Source of the DNA: Limnochordia bacterium
GTDB taxonomy: Bacteria > Bacillota > Limnochordia > DTU080
Direction of reading: 5' to 3'
DNA: 64,000 nt
Assembly: GCA_050951545.1 (NCBI GenBank)
Contig: JBMNJG010000006.1
Coordinates: 96,001 to 160,000, forward strand
In this document: piece after piece, positions 60,801 to 64,000 of the stretch
Layout of the letters: each line of letters opens with the position of its first letter
How positions within the stretch are numbered: position 1 is the first letter of the stretch
Notes under the pieces: generated by a model
What the model saw: only the letters and a program-made list of their open reading frames with translations
The model's database searches: none
Told to the model about the DNA's origin: nothing
Made by a program: the position numbers and the translations under genes

Positions 60801-63109
60801 CTACAACGTGACGTCGATGCCTACGCTTGGGGTCAATCCCCGCGTGTGCGGGGGAGCCTCCAGGTCACCGGCGGTGATGGCGAGGGGCCCAGGTCAATCC
60901 CCGCGTGTGCGGGGGAGCCTCCGCCATGCTCACCCCTCCAAATCGGGTATGAGGTCAATCCCCGCGTGTGCGGGGGAGCCACACGCATCATCTGGCTACG
61001 GCGGGTCTGCCGGGGTCAATCCCCGCGTGTGCGGGGGAGCCTTGTTTGAACTGAGCAGTTAGGTCTTTTATCTCGGTCAATCCCCGCGTGTGCGGGGGAG
61101 CCACATCTCCGGGACTGTTACGGGCGGTTGATATGGGTCAATCCCCGCGTGTGCGGGGGAGCCCCTACGGGAGGGGGCGGACGACGATGCTGAGCCGGTC
61201 AATCCCCGCGTGTGCGGGGGAGCCATGGTGAGCTTCACGGGCGAACTGTGGGCAGGAGGTCAATCCCCGCGTGTGCGGGGGAGCCCAGCGGGGACGGCAA
61301 CGCGTTCAGCATACGAGGGGTCAATCCCCGCGTGTGCGGGGGAGCCATGCCCAGTCGTCAACCAGCAGTTTTGCGGTGAGGTCAATCCCCGCGTGTGCGG
61401 GGGAGCCACCGCGTGGTGCCCCGGCGCATCCCCCATGTAGGGTCAATCCCCGCGTGTGCGGGGGAGCCCTACCCGATCCCGGAGCTGTGGGGCCTAGTGG
61501 GGGTCAATCCCCGCGTGTGCGGGGGAGCCGTTGATTTCCTGCGAGGCAACCTTGCCCATGGAGGTCAATCCCCGCGTGTGCGGGGGAGCCAGCTTCAATA
61601 CGAGCCATGCTCTGGGTGCGGGCGGTCAATCCCCGCGTGTGCGGGGGAGCCGCACCGTGACGCTATCCGAGAGCTTGGGACGCGGGTCAATCCCCGCGTG
61701 TGCGGGGGAGCCTACGCCTGCCCGCGCTCGATGATCCTCCGTAGGGGTCAATCCCCGCGTGTGCGGGGGAGCCATATACTTTTCACGCCAGGTGACAACG
61801 AACACCGGTCAATCCCCGCGTGTGCGGGGGAGCCACAACCGATCACGGTTACCTCGCGCATCCTGTTGGTCAATCCCCGCGTGTGCGGGGGAGCCCCGCC
61901 CAAGAACTTGCGAAGCACCTACATCAGCGGTCAATCCCCGCGTGTGCGGGGGAGCCGGGAACGCAAACGGCGTCTTACGCTGAAACTCCGGTCAATCCCC
62001 GCGTGTGCGGGGGAGCCGCCCCCTTTTAGTCTCGCCATAGCCTCGCGCAGGGTCAATCCCCGCGTGTGCGGGGGAGCCAAGAATCCATGAGAAAAGAAGC
62101 GCGGGAGCGAAGGTCAATCCCCGCGTGTGCGGGGGAGCCAACTAGCGGCATACTACGAGGAAGCGGACCAGGGGTCAATCCCCGCGTGTGCGGGGGAGCC
62201 GGAGATCATCCCGTACGCATGGCCTGGGGGATAGGTCAATCCCCGCGTGTGCGGGGGAGCCAGTACGCCTCTTCGAGTTCCAGTTTCGGCATCGGGTCAA
62301 TCCCCGCGTGTGCGGGGGAGCCGATCACCCCGATACACGGCACTATCCGTGATAGGGTCAATCCCCGCGTGTGCGGGGGAGCCTGGGGATAGGTCTGGAT
62401 CATGTGGGCCGGCACAGGTCAATCCCCGCGTGTGCGGGGGAGCCGATTGTCGGAACGAAAGATGTCGTGCTGAGCAGGGTCAATCCCCGCGTGTGCGGGG
62501 GAGCCCAAAATTAGTAGTATTCGCTGTACACAAGGAAGGGTCAATCCCCGCGTGTGCGGGGGAGCCTTCCGGTCCAGGCCCGACAGCCGCCGTGCAGGAG
62601 GTCAATCCCCGCGTGTGCGGGGGAGCCACGATCCCGATCGCGGGGTACTCCGTCAGCATGGGTCAATCCCCGCGTGTGCGGGGGAGCCTTCCAGGCATCC
62701 TCACGATGCCACCTCCTTGCGGGTCAATCCCCGCGTGTGCGGGGGAGCCGCCGCAGCCGCGTTGTAGCTGCGCCCCAATAACGGTCAATCCCCGCGTGTG
62801 CGGGGGAGCCCAGAATCAGGAACAGCTGTCATGGCCACTGTCGGTCAATCCCCGCGTGTGCGGGGGAGCCTACCACCAGAGGTATACGCAGCCATGGTGA
62901 CGAAGGTCAATCCCCGCGTGTGCGGGGGAGCCGTCCTCGATTTACCATGCTCAGCGCCGATGCGGGTCAATCCCCGCGTGTGCGGGGGAGCCTATCGTGA
63001 CGCCTGCTGCCAGAGTCGTGCAGGGTCAATCCCCGCGTGTGCGGGGGAGCCGTACACGCGCATAGTGAGGCACAGCCGTGGGGTCAATCCCCGCGTGTGC
63101 GGGGGAGCC
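57833..63109 (-). CRISPR. Type I-E-like CRISPR array: 86 repeats of 28 bp plus one degenerate trailer repeat, 86 spacers (mostly 33 bp)
   Basis: + strand repeat GGTCAATCCCCGCGTGTGCGGGGGAGCC from 57894 to 63109, 61-bp period; minus strand GGCTCCCCCGCACACGCGGGGATTGACC has the I-E CCCCGC-N4-GCGGGG hairpin; degenerate copy ends at 57860. Confidence 0.98.
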
Positions 63110-63165
63110 TCTTTACACCAGACAGTATCTCATATATAATGATGCGTTTGTGTTAGGGTTTCATG
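63110..63165 (-). promoter_or_regulatory. CRISPR leader (AT-rich)
   Basis: AT-rich stretch with TTATAT on the minus strand, abutting the intact terminal repeat, opposite the degenerate end. Confidence 0.65.
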
Positions 63166-64000
63166 CCATCACGTCAATCTTCTTCGACTGAACGAGCCCA
63201 TTTCCTTCCTCGGTGTGCCTATCGTGATCTGGTGGTAGGCTTGCCAACCCTTCAATCAGCTCTGCGGGACTGAAGAGCCTGCAACCTCGCTTCGCTGTCT
63301 GGATGACCTCTGACTGAAGCGAGGCGGAATGACACCATCCTCCCTGTCCCGCCTGTCACCTCCATCTCAGGGCAGCTCGAGCCCTGTCTGCTGCATCATC
63401 TCAATAGCCTCTTCATCTGGGTTCCTGTGCCACGCCAGGTAGCCAGAGCGACCACGCGCAAGACACTGGTAATCTGCTCACGTTCGCTCAGGGTGGTGGT
63501 AAGAGTGCAGCGATGCGATCTTAGCAGAGCCCTTTTTGCGGACCGGAACCGTTTTCAGGGGCTCATTTCTCCCCCTAGGAGCACACTCTGCCGCCTCGAT
63601 AGCCCTTCTGGGGCTACCAGACAACACATAACCGAACCGTGTCGATGGTCCTTTCCCACTCAGCCGATGTCCGAGCGCAAGTCCGCCCAGGTTTCGTGAG
63701 GAACCCAGCGGCTGGTAAGCGTCTGGAGTTCGGTCTCCTCTATTACCTGCACGACATTGCCATTGAGTATAATGGGTCGGAACACTACCTCGTCGCAGAG
63801 CAGCATTCAGCTGAGCAGGTCCACAAGCAGCACAGGTCCACAGGCGGCAGATGATCCCAGAGATTGCCAATGTAGGCCGAGTCTACCCCTTCCTCGAAGC
63901 CGTCAAACTGGCCCAACAGGTGTGGACTCCCCTGATGGGCCCCGCTCTCACGGGTACGATGCCTATCCAGGGCGTTTTCGCCCAGGCCGCTGGGATCCAT

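Noticed and set aside
57861-63081. Self-targeting or duplicated spacers
   Set aside because: None noticed by eye; this cannot be excluded without alignment.
57608-63139. Many ORFs with repeating SIPACAGEP / VNPRVCGGA / GQSPRVRGS peptides
   Set aside because: These are translations of the CRISPR repeat in three frames, not genes.
63161-63340. Possible cas2 remnant (QITIGTPRKEM resembles the I-E Cas2 C-terminus)
   Set aside because: Only ~10 residues, preceded by an in-frame stop, and no Cas2 N-terminal motif; insufficient support.

Overview
GC-rich bacterial chromosomal segment, most consistent with an anaerobic, spore-forming Bacillota lineage (gerA-type operon, class III RNR, SBPs that mostly look non-lipidated; Limnochordia-like is an inference). 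About 45 kb is a catabolic/scavenging region with nine orphan family-1 (carbohydrate) ABC solute-binding proteins and no cognate permease, ATPase or regulator, interleaved with FAD oxidoreductases, ceramidase-like hydrolases, a GH78 rhamnosidase, a heparinase II/III-like protein and other hydrolases. It also holds a cobalamin riboswitch-nrdD-nrdG unit, a sulfate ABC operon (sbp-cysT-cysW-cysA), a gerAA-AB-AC operon and a type I-E-like CRISPR array (86 repeats plus one degenerate) with no cas gene in the window. The most unusual feature is a ~2.1 kb cassette at 44852-46961. It has imperfect ~48-bp inverted ends, an internal 94-bp tandem array carrying the same hairpin-forming core motif, and one frameshifted gene for a tandem winged-HTH plus Vsr-like PD-(D/E)XK nuclease. 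All calls are by-eye motif recognition; no database searches were run.
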